Shown: one piece after another, positions 9,119-19,017 of the stretch
How positions within the stretch are numbered: position 1 is the stretch's first letter
How the letters are laid out: each line of letters opens with the position of its first letter
NCBI GenBank assembly: GCA_019352195.1
Contig: JACAFG010000002.1
Span: 103,820-167,819, forward strand
Reading direction: 5' to 3'
DNA length: 64,000 nucleotides
Source of the DNA: Candidatus Saccharimonadota bacterium
GTDB lineage: Bacteria > Patescibacteriota > Saccharimonadia > UBA4664
Made by a program: the position numbers and the translations under genes
Notes under the pieces: model-generated
What the model was told of the DNA's origin: nothing
The model's input: only the letters and a program-made list of their open reading frames with translations
Databases searched by the model: none

Positions 9119-11014
9119 ATGGAAGAAGTTGTTACCCGTGAGCCGTTACGGCCGATTATTGCCTGGTCGGTAGCTATTTGTTTGGGAGCGGCCATGGCGC
9201 CGTGGCTGAGCGGCGGTCAAGAACCACTCGCTGCGCTCATTAGTGGGTTTGCGCTGCTCATGGGCTCGGTTTTACTTTGGCAACAGCCGTCGGTGCGCCG
9301 ATTAAAGGTGGGACCGATGATGTACGGCTATCTGGCATTTGTAGCTTGGGGAAGTCTGAGTCTTATTTGGACGGCTAATCGTTACTCAACGCTTATGTGG
9401 GTAATTGGCTTGCTGCTGGCAGGTCTCGCATTTCGCCTCGCTTACGCTCTCAGCGGTGAAGAAGACAGTTTGTGGCGAATCGAGTGGGTATATTTAGCGA
9501 CTGCTTTAGGGTTTGTTGCCTACGGAGGGTATTTGTACCTGAGCGGGGGCTACGACCGGTTAACGGGGTCGTTTTACTGGCCTAACCCAGCCGCAGCCTA
9601 TCTAATACCGGGAATATTAATCGCCTTTGATCGTTGGCGCCGTGGTGGGCGGTGGTGGAACGGTGCCATGACGGCAGTGTTTGGTGCCGCTTTTTTGCTC
9701 ACTGATTCGCGGGCAGCCTTGGCAACATTGGCCGTCGCTGCGGTAATTTATGTGATCGTTATCAGATTAACGAAGCGCTTTTGGATAATTTTTGTGTTCA
9801 GTGTGGCGGCGTCCTTGGGGGTGGCTTACGGTATGGTGGCTTTACGTCATGCCCTCCAGCCCAAAGCGGTAATCTCGGTACCCGGATCACGCTTAAGCCC
9901 GGCTTCGGCCGTTAATTCGCAGAGCGGTGCTGATCGCGTTACTTATTTGCACAGTGCCGTGCTTATTTGGGCTGATCATCCTATTTTGGGTGCCGGTGCC
10001 GGGGCATATCCCGACGTGCACCCGCACTACCAAATTCGGGTGATAAGTGCCAGCGCCAGCGCTCACAACATTTATGTTCAAACTTTGGCTGAGCTGGGAC
10101 TTGTCGGCATACTACTTATGATCTGGCTTATGGTTTGTTTGGTGTTTGGTACGGTGCGAGGTCTCGTGGCTCGTCCATTGGGAATGGCGGCTACGTTGGG
10201 CGTCGGCGCCATTTGGCTGCACTTTGGGCTCGATATTGATGCACAGTATCCGGCCCTGGTTCTTCTCATAGCAGTGTTTGGAGGCAGTTTATATCATCAG
10301 CGTCTTAGCTTTAAGCCGCTGGGATGGTGGTTGCCACTGGGTTCAGTGGTAGTTCTAATACCCATTGTGGCTTTGTACTACAGTGACACTTGGAACAATC
10401 GTGGAGTCGCGGCGCAAGCGAACGGTGATTACGCAATAGCTACCAATGATTTTTTGCACGCGCACGGTTACATTTTTTATAATCCAGATGTATTAACGGC
10501 GCAGGGCATCAACGAGTACACGCTGGCACAGCTGGGTAATAAGGCGGCCGGAAACACAGCGCTGCTGCTCGCGCGCTCGGCTGAAAAACAAGACCCTAAT
10601 GATGGCCAACATTATCAGCTGGAAGGCCGCACTTTGGCGCTCATGGGTGACCGAGCTGGGGCAATCAAAGCGTATGAGGCGGCGCTTCAGGCTGATCCAT
10701 ACAACCATCCGGAGTACGCTTACGATTTGGCGTTGGTTCAGTCCCAAATCGGTCAGTCGGCGGCTGGTTTGGTGGCAGCTGACACTATGCTAGCGCAGTA
10801 TCCAACGGCGGTAGTAGTTAACCGATCGGCCGATCCATCATTGCGCGCAAATCTGGCGCAGCTAGCAGCGTTGGCAGGCTCGATTCGGCTGCAAAACGGT
10901 GACCTTGCGGGCGCCCGCAAGGCTAGTGCGGCAGCGCTCGCGTTTGATCCGACGAGCCTGCGGGCTCAGGCTTTGGCAGCGGTACTGGCACGCGTGCCAG
11001 TGGGAGCCCAGTAA
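9119..11014 (+). CDS. O-antigen ligase/Wzy_C family membrane protein with C-terminal TPR
   Basis: RLTGSFYWPN, LTDSRAA, HPILGAGAG, AHNIYVQTLAELG; TPR-like C-terminus. Confidence 0.85.
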   Translation: MEEVVTREPLRPIIAWSVAICLGAAMAPWLSGGQEPLAALISGFALLMGSVLLWQQPSVRRLKVGPMMYGYLAFVAWGSLSLIWTANRYSTLMWVIGLLLAGLAFRLAYALSGEEDSLWRIEWVYLATALGFVAYGGYLYLSGGYDRLTGSFYWPNPAAAYLIPGILIAFDRWRRGGRWWNGAMTAVFGAAFLLTDSRAALATLAVAAVIYVIVIRLTKRFWIIFVFSVAASLGVAYGMVALRHALQPKAVISVPGSRLSPASAVNSQSGADRVTYLHSAVLIWADHPILGAGAGAYPDVHPHYQIRVISASASAHNIYVQTLAELGLVGILLMIWLMVCLVFGTVRGLVARPLGMAATLGVGAIWLHFGLDIDAQYPALVLLIAVFGGSLYHQRLSFKPLGWWLPLGSVVVLIPIVALYYSDTWNNRGVAAQANGDYAIATNDFLHAHGYIFYNPDVLTAQGINEYTLAQLGNKAAGNTALLLARSAEKQDPNDGQHYQLEGRTLALMGDRAGAIKAYEAALQADPYNHPEYAYDLALVQSQIGQSAAGLVAADTMLAQYPTAVVVNRSADPSLRANLAQLAALAGSIRLQNGDLAGARKASAAALAFDPTSLRAQALAAVLARVPVGAQ

Positions 11015-11063
11015 GCGTAAGAAGAATATGATAGAGTGAACCTAGGATAAGGGATGTGTCGAC

Positions 11064-11897
11064 ATGAAGATTATTGAAAGTAGCCCTGACCGGTTGGTGG
11101 CCCGTAATCGTGGGATTGGTGGTTACTCTGGCGGAGGTATTGGCGTGCTCGTGGGTATTGGCACGGTAATTTTTGGCCTCGCTCATAAAGCGCCGGGAGT
11201 CTGGGCTGTTGGTCTGGGGGTGTTGGCAGTTGGCGTGTTGATACTCCTAACCAACAAAAGCGAGCTCCTCACGGCAGATCGGGCTTCTGCGACCGTATCT
11301 ATCGAATTAAAAGGCCTAACCGGTGGCAAAAACCAGCAATATACCTTTGACCAAATTTCAAGCGTCACGTCGTTGCAGCAGTATCAGCAGGTGAATACTG
11401 GTAACAACTCTAACAATACGGGTGTGGGCTTTGGCGTTGGTAGTACGGGCGGCTCGCAGCTACAGCTTCAGACGACCACACAGCTGGTATTGGCCGACGG
11501 TACCAGCGTTGTGATAGAAAAAATCACCTCAAATGCCAATGGCGGCATGCTCCTGAGCACTCAGTCCAGTCATGGCATTGGCGAACCACTAGCAACGTTT
11601 TTAGGTAAGCCGTACCAGCTGGTGGCGCCCAACTTGAATCCGCTTGAGATGGTTCACGATGTGGTGGCAGCAATTCGAGGAGACGCGAGTCCGACTACTC
11701 CTAGCGTCGTACCGGGCGCTCCGGCAGTACCTTCTGCTCCAGTTGCTCCGGCGAGTACGCCCGAGCAACAGCCTACCGTACCCACGTTAAATGGTCCTGG
11801 TTTTGCTGCAGTTGAGTCGCCAAGCTCACCGGCCATTGAACCGCCGATCGTGCCAACCAATGAGCCGCCAGCACCACCAACGGCTCCGGCAGAGTAG
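11064..11897 (+). CDS. Hypothetical 2-TM membrane protein with Pro-rich tail
   Basis: ORF with two hydrophobic segments and low-complexity P/A/T C-terminus. Confidence 0.65.
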   Translation: MKIIESSPDRLVARNRGIGGYSGGGIGVLVGIGTVIFGLAHKAPGVWAVGLGVLAVGVLILLTNKSELLTADRASATVSIELKGLTGGKNQQYTFDQISSVTSLQQYQQVNTGNNSNNTGVGFGVGSTGGSQLQLQTTTQLVLADGTSVVIEKITSNANGGMLLSTQSSHGIGEPLATFLGKPYQLVAPNLNPLEMVHDVVAAIRGDASPTTPSVVPGAPAVPSAPVAPASTPEQQPTVPTLNGPGFAAVESPSSPAIEPPIVPTNEPPAPPTAPAE

Positions 11898-12035
11898 GTG
11901 TATAGCCTGATTGCGGTGTGGCCGTTATAATGCGTAGAGCTTATGCAACTCCTCGGCGCTTTCATTGATGGCTTGGGTGTTTGCGCTCAACCGGTCGGCA
12001 ATGGAGTAAATATTTTGATGGTAGGAGCGCGTTAA

Positions 12036-12650
12036 ATGGCATCATTTTCGAGTGTCGCAATTAGTTTGATCGATCACTTGGGCTTGGCTGGCGTGGGGGT
12101 TGGGGTTATGCTCAACGGCCTTGGCGTCCCGGGTATTTCAGAAGTTATGCTGCCTTTGGCTGGCGTAGCCGTGCGCCAGGGACACTGGGCTTTGTGGGAA
12201 GTATTGGTTGTGGCGTTTGTAGCACAGCTTGTGGGCGTGAGTCTCGCCTATGCTATTGGCCGGTACGCTGGGGTCGCGGTTATTGAGCGGTACGGTAAGT
12301 ATGTGCTCATAACGCATGCAGATTTGGCGAGGTCGCAAAAGGCATTCGATCGTCACGGCGCACCACTGGTAATTGTGGGATCATTTATCCCTGGTATTCA
12401 GGGTTTCATCGGCTACGTAGCCGGCATTGCTGAGCTGAGCTATAGTCGTTTTCTGGTGTCGGTAGCTCTCGGTAAGCTGATATGGATTGGTGGTCTGGTT
12501 GGGCTCGGTTATGCAGTCGGCGGTGACGTGGCGTTTATTGATTCGCTGATGAGCCGAGTCGGAATTTTTGTAATCCTGGCTCTCATTGCCTTGGTGATCT
12601 GGTATATTAGGCGACAGCACCCGCGCGGTACCGACGTGGCTGAGAAATAG
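12036..12650 (+). CDS. DedA/SNARE-associated family membrane protein
   Basis: PGISEVMLPLAG, YAIGRYAG, FDRHG, FIPG. Confidence 0.88.
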   Translation: MASFSSVAISLIDHLGLAGVGVGVMLNGLGVPGISEVMLPLAGVAVRQGHWALWEVLVVAFVAQLVGVSLAYAIGRYAGVAVIERYGKYVLITHADLARSQKAFDRHGAPLVIVGSFIPGIQGFIGYVAGIAELSYSRFLVSVALGKLIWIGGLVGLGYAVGGDVAFIDSLMSRVGIFVILALIALVIWYIRRQHPRGTDVAEK

Positions 12651-12656
12651 GATTTT

Positions 12657-13943
12657 ATGACGACCAAACAAACGACACTACCAAATGGTCTACGGATTGT
12701 TACTACCGATTTGGCCGACGCGCTAAGCGTTACGGCTAATATTTTTGTTGGTACTGGTAGCCGCTACGAAAACTGGGACACCAATGGAGGCGTATCGCAC
12801 TTTTTGGAGCACTTATTGTTTAAGGGAAGCGCCAAGTATCCTACGGCGGAGGCTATCAATCTAGCGGTTGATGAGGTGGGCGGATTCAATAATGCATATA
12901 CCTCTGAAGATGTGACGACGTATTACATCAAAGTGCCCGCAGCTCATGGTGAACTGGCGTTAGATATTTTGGCAGACATGATAAAAGCGCCGGTGCTTGA
13001 TCCGGCTGAAATCGACCGTGAACGCGACGTCATTATTGAGGAGATGAACGTCTGGCGGGATGACCCAGCGCGTTTTGTCGCTACCCTTATGCCGGAACTA
13101 ATTTTCCCCGATAACCCGTTGGGGCGCGATATTATTGGTTCTGAGACAATTATTCGAAGTGTTACACCCAAAACTATTCGCGACTATTTGGTGACTCATT
13201 ATCGGCCAGGCAATTTAGTAGTAAGCGTAGCGGGTCGAGTTGATCACGACGCGGTAGTGAAGCAACTAACCGCAACGCTGGGTGAGCTGGAGGCGGGAGA
13301 AACTGAGCCACCACAGCGGGTTGCCAATGGACCTTCGGAAGTTTTGAGTTCGGCGCATGTCAAAGAAACTGCCCAAGCGCACTTTATTATCTCAAGTCGC
13401 GCCTATGCTTACGATGATAACCGCGACGCAGCAGCTAAAGTAATGGCGGCTATTTTAGGCCGCGGTATGAGCTCACGGCTGTTTAGTACCGTACGAGAGC
13501 GTTTGGGATTGGCGTACGGCATTTATGCCGACGTTTCAAACTACGTAGATACCGGTTTGTTTACGCTGTATGCCGGGGTTACCATCGAGAAGAGTGAGCA
13601 GGCGGTAACGGCGGTGCTAGCTGAGCTCGAAAAGATTCGGCTCGAACCCGTTAGCGAAGCCGAACTGGCTAAAGCGAAGCGACAGCTGCGTAGTGGGCTT
13701 GAAATGAGCCTGGAGAGCAATGCTGCCATTGCTGATCGTTTGGGTGCCCAGCTAATATTGCTGGGTCGAACCAAATCGCTGGAAGATACGCTGGCCGAGC
13801 TGGAAGCAGTGACGGTCGCGCAGGTTCAGGCAGCGGCGGCCGAGATTTTGGCACCCGCGGCGCTCAGAATGGCAATTATTGCACCGGAACCAGAGGCGGC
13901 CGTTCGGACATTTGAAACTTTAGTTACTAAGGAGACTGTTTAA
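12657..13943 (+). CDS. M16 family zinc peptidase
   Basis: GSRYE, HFLEH (HxxEH), NAYTS, SSRLFSTVRERLGLAY. Confidence 0.92.
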   Translation: MTTKQTTLPNGLRIVTTDLADALSVTANIFVGTGSRYENWDTNGGVSHFLEHLLFKGSAKYPTAEAINLAVDEVGGFNNAYTSEDVTTYYIKVPAAHGELALDILADMIKAPVLDPAEIDRERDVIIEEMNVWRDDPARFVATLMPELIFPDNPLGRDIIGSETIIRSVTPKTIRDYLVTHYRPGNLVVSVAGRVDHDAVVKQLTATLGELEAGETEPPQRVANGPSEVLSSAHVKETAQAHFIISSRAYAYDDNRDAAAKVMAAILGRGMSSRLFSTVRERLGLAYGIYADVSNYVDTGLFTLYAGVTIEKSEQAVTAVLAELEKIRLEPVSEAELAKAKRQLRSGLEMSLESNAAIADRLGAQLILLGRTKSLEDTLAELEAVTVAQVQAAAAEILAPAALRMAIIAPEPEAAVRTFETLVTKETV

Positions 13944-14443
13944 TGGAACAAACGTTAATTATATTTAAGCCAGATGCCGTTCAACGTGGGGTAGTGGGTG
14001 AAATTTTGAGTAGGTTTGAGCGATCAGGACTGAAGATTGTGGGTATGAAAATGGTTAGCCCGGATGCGGATCATTACTATCATCACTACGAAACAATCGG
14101 CAAAGTGGTGAGCCGCCGCGGTCAGGAAGTGTTTGACAACGCCGTCAGTTATGTCATGGGCGGTCCGGTAATTGCCGCTGTCCTCCAAGGGGTTGAGGCT
14201 GTCGATTTGGTTCGTAAAATGGTGGGTCCAACCGAACCAAAGAGTGCTGCTCCAGGTACGATTCGTGGTGATTACGCGCATATTAACTATGCACAAGCTG
14301 ATAAACTGAGCATAGCGATCGCGAATCTGCTCCACGCGTCTGGCGATAGTGACGAGGCCAAGCTGGAGGTGGCGCATTGGTTTAGCGAAGCGGAACTATT
14401 TAGCTACAAGACTTCTCATGAGCACTTTACCCAGCCCGAATAG
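13943..14443 (+). CDS. ndk: Nucleoside diphosphate kinase
   Basis: EQTLIIFKPDAVQRG, PGTIRGDY, NLLHAS. Confidence 0.95.
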   Translation: MEQTLIIFKPDAVQRGVVGEILSRFERSGLKIVGMKMVSPDADHYYHHYETIGKVVSRRGQEVFDNAVSYVMGGPVIAAVLQGVEAVDLVRKMVGPTEPKSAAPGTIRGDYAHINYAQADKLSIAIANLLHASGDSDEAKLEVAHWFSEAELFSYKTSHEHFTQPE

Positions 14444-14464
14444 AGTCACGCCTCAGCGTAAATA

Positions 14465-14496
14465 GAAACTGCCCGACTATCTGGTCGGGCAGTTTC
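14465..14496. terminator. Bidirectional intrinsic terminator
   Basis: gaaactgcccgac-tatctg-gtcgggcagtttc perfect stem between convergent genes. Confidence 0.75.
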
Positions 14497-14549
14497 GTGA
14501 TTGAGGCCCGGTCAGGGTAGTCGATATTTAGAGGATCACGTTAGGTTTG

Positions 14550-15050
14550 TTAGCGGCGATAAAATAGCTGCTCAAGTCCGGTAAGTAGCAAGGTTGGTTC
14601 GGTGTCTGAGACGAGTGAGGTAACCTGAGTGTCAGACTGATCTTCAAATAGGAGCGTCCATTTGGGGGCGTGCTTGTTGTAAGCACAATTTGGAAACAGC
14701 ATGTGGTGGTGCCACGGGCGCTGCTGGTCGGTGAGAAGCCGGGCGTGGTTGTAGATAGGCTTTTCATCGGGCGCGAGTTCGGCGGCTTTAATATGCCCGG
14801 TGGGGTCAATCATGCCGCTGCCATGGAGCATTTTAGCTAGCTGATTACTAGCAGCAAATGGTTTGATGGCTTGGTAACTCACGTAATTTTTGCTCGTACC
14901 AATATCTTCGAGCACCAGCGCATACTGCGGCTTCGCATTAAGCGTACACATGGGAGTGAGCAGATGAAAATGCCAATCTGCCTGGCTATCGTTTAGCTGG
15001 GTAGCGGTAATAATAAGTTCGGAAAGAGGTAATTCAGTCATAAATTCCAT
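14550..15050 (-). CDS. Hypothetical protein with internal duplication (WHFH/WHHH-x-P-x-C repeats)
   Basis: Two similar halves WHFHLLTPMCTLN...LVLED and WHHHMLFPNCAYN...LLFED; directly after tRNA-Arg. Confidence 0.7.
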   Translation of the reverse strand: MEFMTELPLSELIITATQLNDSQADWHFHLLTPMCTLNAKPQYALVLEDIGTSKNYVSYQAIKPFAASNQLAKMLHGSGMIDPTGHIKAAELAPDEKPIYNHARLLTDQQRPWHHHMLFPNCAYNKHAPKWTLLFEDQSDTQVTSLVSDTEPTLLLTGLEQLFYRR

Positions 15051-15126
15051 TGGTGCCCCAGGAGGGATTCGAACCCCCGACGCTCTCCTTAGGACGGAGA
15101 CGCTCTATCCACTGAGCTACTGAGGC
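15051..15126 (-). tRNA. tRNA-Arg(CCT)
   Basis: Cloverleaf GCCTCAG...TCTCC-GTCCTAA-GGAGA...TTCGAAT...CCA. Confidence 0.93.
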
Positions 15127-15284
15127 GCACGGTTATTTGTACCCTAGGTTAGCTGGGCGAACTGGCTAAGCTGGACTGATTATAGGCGAGTTGGGCTGCT
15201 TGAGCCAGTTTTTAAGAGTTCGCCCTCATCGTAGCAGGCTAATTCTCAACGTTTTGCTGCCCACGGTGGTGGTACAATCGAACC

Positions 15285-15860
15285 ATGAGCGGTAAAGATA
15301 AAGTATCATCAGCGCCCGAACGCGTGCGTGAGTTTCCTGGTCAGCATACAGGCGAATCGGTCGATTTTGTATTTCGTCAGCATCCGTTGGTAATGCGCAA
15401 ACGCCTAATTTATGGCATGTTCGCCCTAGTGCTAGCAGCTTTGCCTTGGGATTTTCCGCAAATTTACGATTCGCCGGCAGTTACGCATTGGGTTGGGATT
15501 ACGTCGATGGTTATTATAGCCGCGGTGCTATTTGCGTGGTTTCAGAAATGGGTAGGGTGGTATTACAGCGTCTATATTGTGACGGATCGTCGCGTGATAG
15601 AAATTAAGCAGCGCGGATTTTTCCGTCGCAGTGTTAACGAGTGGCAGCTCAATAATATTTCTAATGTTAATTATGATATAGGCGGCTTTCAAGCGGTTAT
15701 TTTTGGCTTTGGTGACATAATTTGTAAAAGCTATTTGGGTGATTTTTCGATAAAAACGGTGCATCATCCAGCCGACATCCACCAGCAGTTACTCGATGCA
15801 GTGAGGCGCGGCGGCGGGGGAACCGGCGTACCGGCGCGCTCGACACCAGCCAGTAACTAA
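15285..15860 (+). CDS. Bacterial PH-domain membrane protein
   Basis: RQHP, two TMs, YIVTDRRVI, IFGFGDI. Confidence 0.75.
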   Translation: MSGKDKVSSAPERVREFPGQHTGESVDFVFRQHPLVMRKRLIYGMFALVLAALPWDFPQIYDSPAVTHWVGITSMVIIAAVLFAWFQKWVGWYYSVYIVTDRRVIEIKQRGFFRRSVNEWQLNNISNVNYDIGGFQAVIFGFGDIICKSYLGDFSIKTVHHPADIHQQLLDAVRRGGGGTGVPARSTPASN

Positions 15861-15917
15861 GGTAGCATAGCCAATAACAGGGCGCTCACCGGCGCTCTTT
15901 AATGGAGATTTTGTGGC

Positions 15918-17075
15918 GTGGCAGATAAGAACGAGCAACGCGAATCGTCTAAGAAACCAAAGTCTCAAACGAGCGCTCCCAAGCGTTCGTTAGATGTACG
16001 TCAAAAAAATGCTGCCAAGCCTAAGTCTGACGCTCAACCAGAAGCCGCCGAAGCCGCATTAGCGCCAAAAACTACTCCTAAGCCTAAGCCGGTGCTGCCG
16101 GAAGCACCGGCAGTTAAGGCAGCTGACTCAGCGCCGTTAGCCGCCGCCAAAACGGCACCTCACGCGTCGCGCAAGCCGCTGTTGATTAAGATCGGCGTGG
16201 CAATTGTGGCCGTGGTAGTCGTAATCATAGCCATTTTTGCCGTGCTTATTTATGCATTTGGCTCGACGAGCCCAGTGACGGCTGCCGTTGTGAGCGTAGT
16301 TCCTTATCCGGCCGAACGTGTCAACGGCCATTTTGTAAGTTACAACGACTATTTGTTTGAGGTAAACGCCAATGAAAAGGCTTACGTCTCTAATGCCAAA
16401 CTGAATAATCAGACAGTAGTGAGTTGGAGCTCAGCTGATGGCAAGAAACTGCTGAAGCAAATAAAACAGCACGCGCTTACCAAGCTTGAAACTGACGCTA
16501 TCACGGCGCAGCTGGCAACCAAGTATAAAGTAACGGTCACAAGCAAGGAGGTGGATGCGCTCATCAATACGCTCTACCAAAAATATGGTGGTAAAGACAC
16601 GTTACTCAAGACGCTCTCGCAAATTTACGGCTGGAATCTCGATGATCTGAAAAAAGTGATTTACAAGCAGCTGCTCGCTCAAAAAGTGCAGACTGCCGTG
16701 GGCGCAGATCCTGCTATTGACGCGCAAACAAAGGCTAAGGCCGAAGACGTCTTAACTAAGCTCAAAGCTGGCGCCGATTTTGCCGCTACGGCTAAGCAGT
16801 ACTCGCAGGCAACCGACGCATCCGCGGGTGGCGATCTGGGAACCGTGGCCAAAGGCCAGGTAGAAGATGCGGTTTATAATGCGGCGGTGGCATTGCCGGT
16901 GGGCGGCACGAGTGCAGTCATCAAAACGCAGTATGGGTACCAGATTCTGCGCGTTACCGACAAAAGTGATGCTGGCATCCATATGAGCCACATTCTCATT
17001 GAAAACGTTAGTTTCAGCGATTACTTTGCCGGTCAGCAAAACGATGCCAAAGTGAAAGTATTCATTAAGTCGTAA
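15918..17075 (+). CDS. PrsA/SurA-like parvulin peptidyl-prolyl isomerase
   Basis: TM anchor; ADFAATAKQYS, GGDLG, IKTQYGYQILRV. Confidence 0.85.
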   Translation: MADKNEQRESSKKPKSQTSAPKRSLDVRQKNAAKPKSDAQPEAAEAALAPKTTPKPKPVLPEAPAVKAADSAPLAAAKTAPHASRKPLLIKIGVAIVAVVVVIIAIFAVLIYAFGSTSPVTAAVVSVVPYPAERVNGHFVSYNDYLFEVNANEKAYVSNAKLNNQTVVSWSSADGKKLLKQIKQHALTKLETDAITAQLATKYKVTVTSKEVDALINTLYQKYGGKDTLLKTLSQIYGWNLDDLKKVIYKQLLAQKVQTAVGADPAIDAQTKAKAEDVLTKLKAGADFAATAKQYSQATDASAGGDLGTVAKGQVEDAVYNAAVALPVGGTSAVIKTQYGYQILRVTDKSDAGIHMSHILIENVSFSDYFAGQQNDAKVKVFIKS

Positions 17076-17638
17076 TGGCAACACCTCTGCATATTGCAGT
17101 GTTGGCTGGTACTACTCGCCATGAGCGAAAATCCATTTACGCGGCGCGGCTGGTGGCCGAAATTGGCCAAAGTATCGAAGGTATTACGATTGAGTTTGTC
17201 GACCCAGCCGAGTTTAACTTCCCTGGGGACGGCAATGATCCGGAAGGCAAAGATGCTCGTTATACCGCAATCGTGGCTCGGGCTGACGCCTTTTTTATCG
17301 TGACGCCCGAATACAACCACAGTTTTCCGGGATCATTGAAGCGGATGCTCGATTCTGAGCTGGAATTATATGTACATAAGCCGGTAGCGCTGGCCGGTGC
17401 CTCGAGTGGTCGCTGGGGAGGCGTACGCGCTATTGAGGCGCTGGTTACGAGCGTGCGCGAAATGGGGCTCGTGGCTACATTTACGGACGTGCAGTTTCCC
17501 AATGTTCAGGATAAGTTTGATACCGAGGGTAAATTGCTTGATCCAATCTACGATAAATTGATTCGTGGAGCTTATGCCGAGCTCATTTGGATGGCTACCA
17601 TCCTGAAATGGGGCCGCGACAACCTGCCGCGAGCCTAA
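17075..17638 (+). CDS. NADPH-dependent FMN reductase
   Basis: GTTR, VTPEYNHSFPGSLKRMLD, GGVRA. Confidence 0.9.
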   Translation: MATPLHIAVLAGTTRHERKSIYAARLVAEIGQSIEGITIEFVDPAEFNFPGDGNDPEGKDARYTAIVARADAFFIVTPEYNHSFPGSLKRMLDSELELYVHKPVALAGASSGRWGGVRAIEALVTSVREMGLVATFTDVQFPNVQDKFDTEGKLLDPIYDKLIRGAYAELIWMATILKWGRDNLPRA

Positions 17639-17839
17639 TCGCCGGCAATATACTTATTCCCCGGTAGCTTCATTGAGCGGCCGGGTTCCTTGATAGCTGG
17701 GGCACTAACCATGAGTGATAACAATTCTTCTAATAATTACTAAACCAACTTAGCTATATATCAGTATCGTTTCAGACGCTTTGCACGGTACGAACAGTTA
17801 AAGTGACGTTCAGAGCAGGAATTAAGGAAGGTACATGTC

Positions 17840-18586
17840 ATGGATAATATTAACGAGTCAATTCGTAACTTATTGGTTACTATTGCTAATTGGTTGCCGC
17901 GTTTGTTTGGGGCATTGTTGGTACTGCTTATTGGCTATTTGATTGCCAAAGCCATTGAGCGGCTCGTCAAATCGGCCCTTCGAGGTTTGAAATTCGACAA
18001 TTTGTTACACAGGGGCACAGCGGGCTCGTATATTGCCAAAGTTGTTGAAAGCCCGACGAACCTGGTGGGTTCGGTAGTTTTTTGGTTATTGTGGCTGGGA
18101 ACGCTTTCTATTGCGGTCACAGTCTTAGGCATCAGCGCGCTCAATAGTTTTGTGTACGCAATTTATGCCTACGTGCCAAACATTTTGGCCGCATTGCTAA
18201 TCTTCATTGTGGCTGGAGCCGTCGCTACCGGCGCTGCCGCTTTGGCGACGAGGCTAATGGGGGAGACGCCGACTGGCAAGTTGGTGGCTACGATTATCCC
18301 AGTGTTAACGATGCTCATCGCTACCTTTATGATTTTAAATGAGCTTGAAATTGCGCCGGCCATCGTTACCATCACGTACGCTGCGCTGATGGGTGCTGTC
18401 GCGCTTGGTATGGCACTTGCCTTTGGACTGGGCGGACAAGATGTCGCAGGACGTTTACTCGAGCAAGCCTATGATGCTGGACGGCGCAATGCTGGAGCCG
18501 TTAAGCATGATATGGAGGTAGGTAAACAACATGCGGTGGCGGAAGCGCATAAAAACATGCCGCCAAATCCCCTGAGTCGCTCGTAG
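17840..18586 (+). CDS. CmpX/MscS-associated TM-helix repeat membrane protein
   Basis: LPRLFGALLVLLIGYLIAK and VPNILAALLI repeats; ALAFGLGGQD. Confidence 0.8.
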   Translation: MDNINESIRNLLVTIANWLPRLFGALLVLLIGYLIAKAIERLVKSALRGLKFDNLLHRGTAGSYIAKVVESPTNLVGSVVFWLLWLGTLSIAVTVLGISALNSFVYAIYAYVPNILAALLIFIVAGAVATGAAALATRLMGETPTGKLVATIIPVLTMLIATFMILNELEIAPAIVTITYAALMGAVALGMALAFGLGGQDVAGRLLEQAYDAGRRNAGAVKHDMEVGKQHAVAEAHKNMPPNPLSRS

Positions 18587-18941
18587 CCCATAGTAAGTTT
18601 GACGGCCTCTGGAGAGGTTGAGTGGCTCAAGATGCTTATGGCTGGGTGGAAATGCGTGAAAAATATGAAAACTAGGCGTATTGGCATGTCAAAACGGCAA
18701 GCGTATTCTCAGGTAGTTCAATGATTGTACTGATTTGCGGTACATGACAATGTTGGGAGTAATAATTGTGTACAAGATGTGTATAAAACCGCCAATTCAT
18801 ATCTGTTGAGGAGCATTTATACGCTCAGTTATACACAATCTTGAAGGTACAGTGCTTATGGTTCGCCCAAAATCAACCGTGATATGCCTTGTTCGCATGC
18901 CCTGAAACTGATACAGTAAGGCGGTTCTACATTCAAACTGT

Positions 18942-19017
18942 GGGCTCGTAGTGAAGTGGTTATCACGCCTCCCTGTCACGGAGGAGATCGCCGGTTCGAA
19001 ACCGGTCGAGCCCGCCA
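18942..19017 (+). tRNA. tRNA-Asp(GTC)
   Basis: Cloverleaf with CCTCC-CTGTCAC-GGAGG anticodon arm; encoded CCA. Confidence 0.95.
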
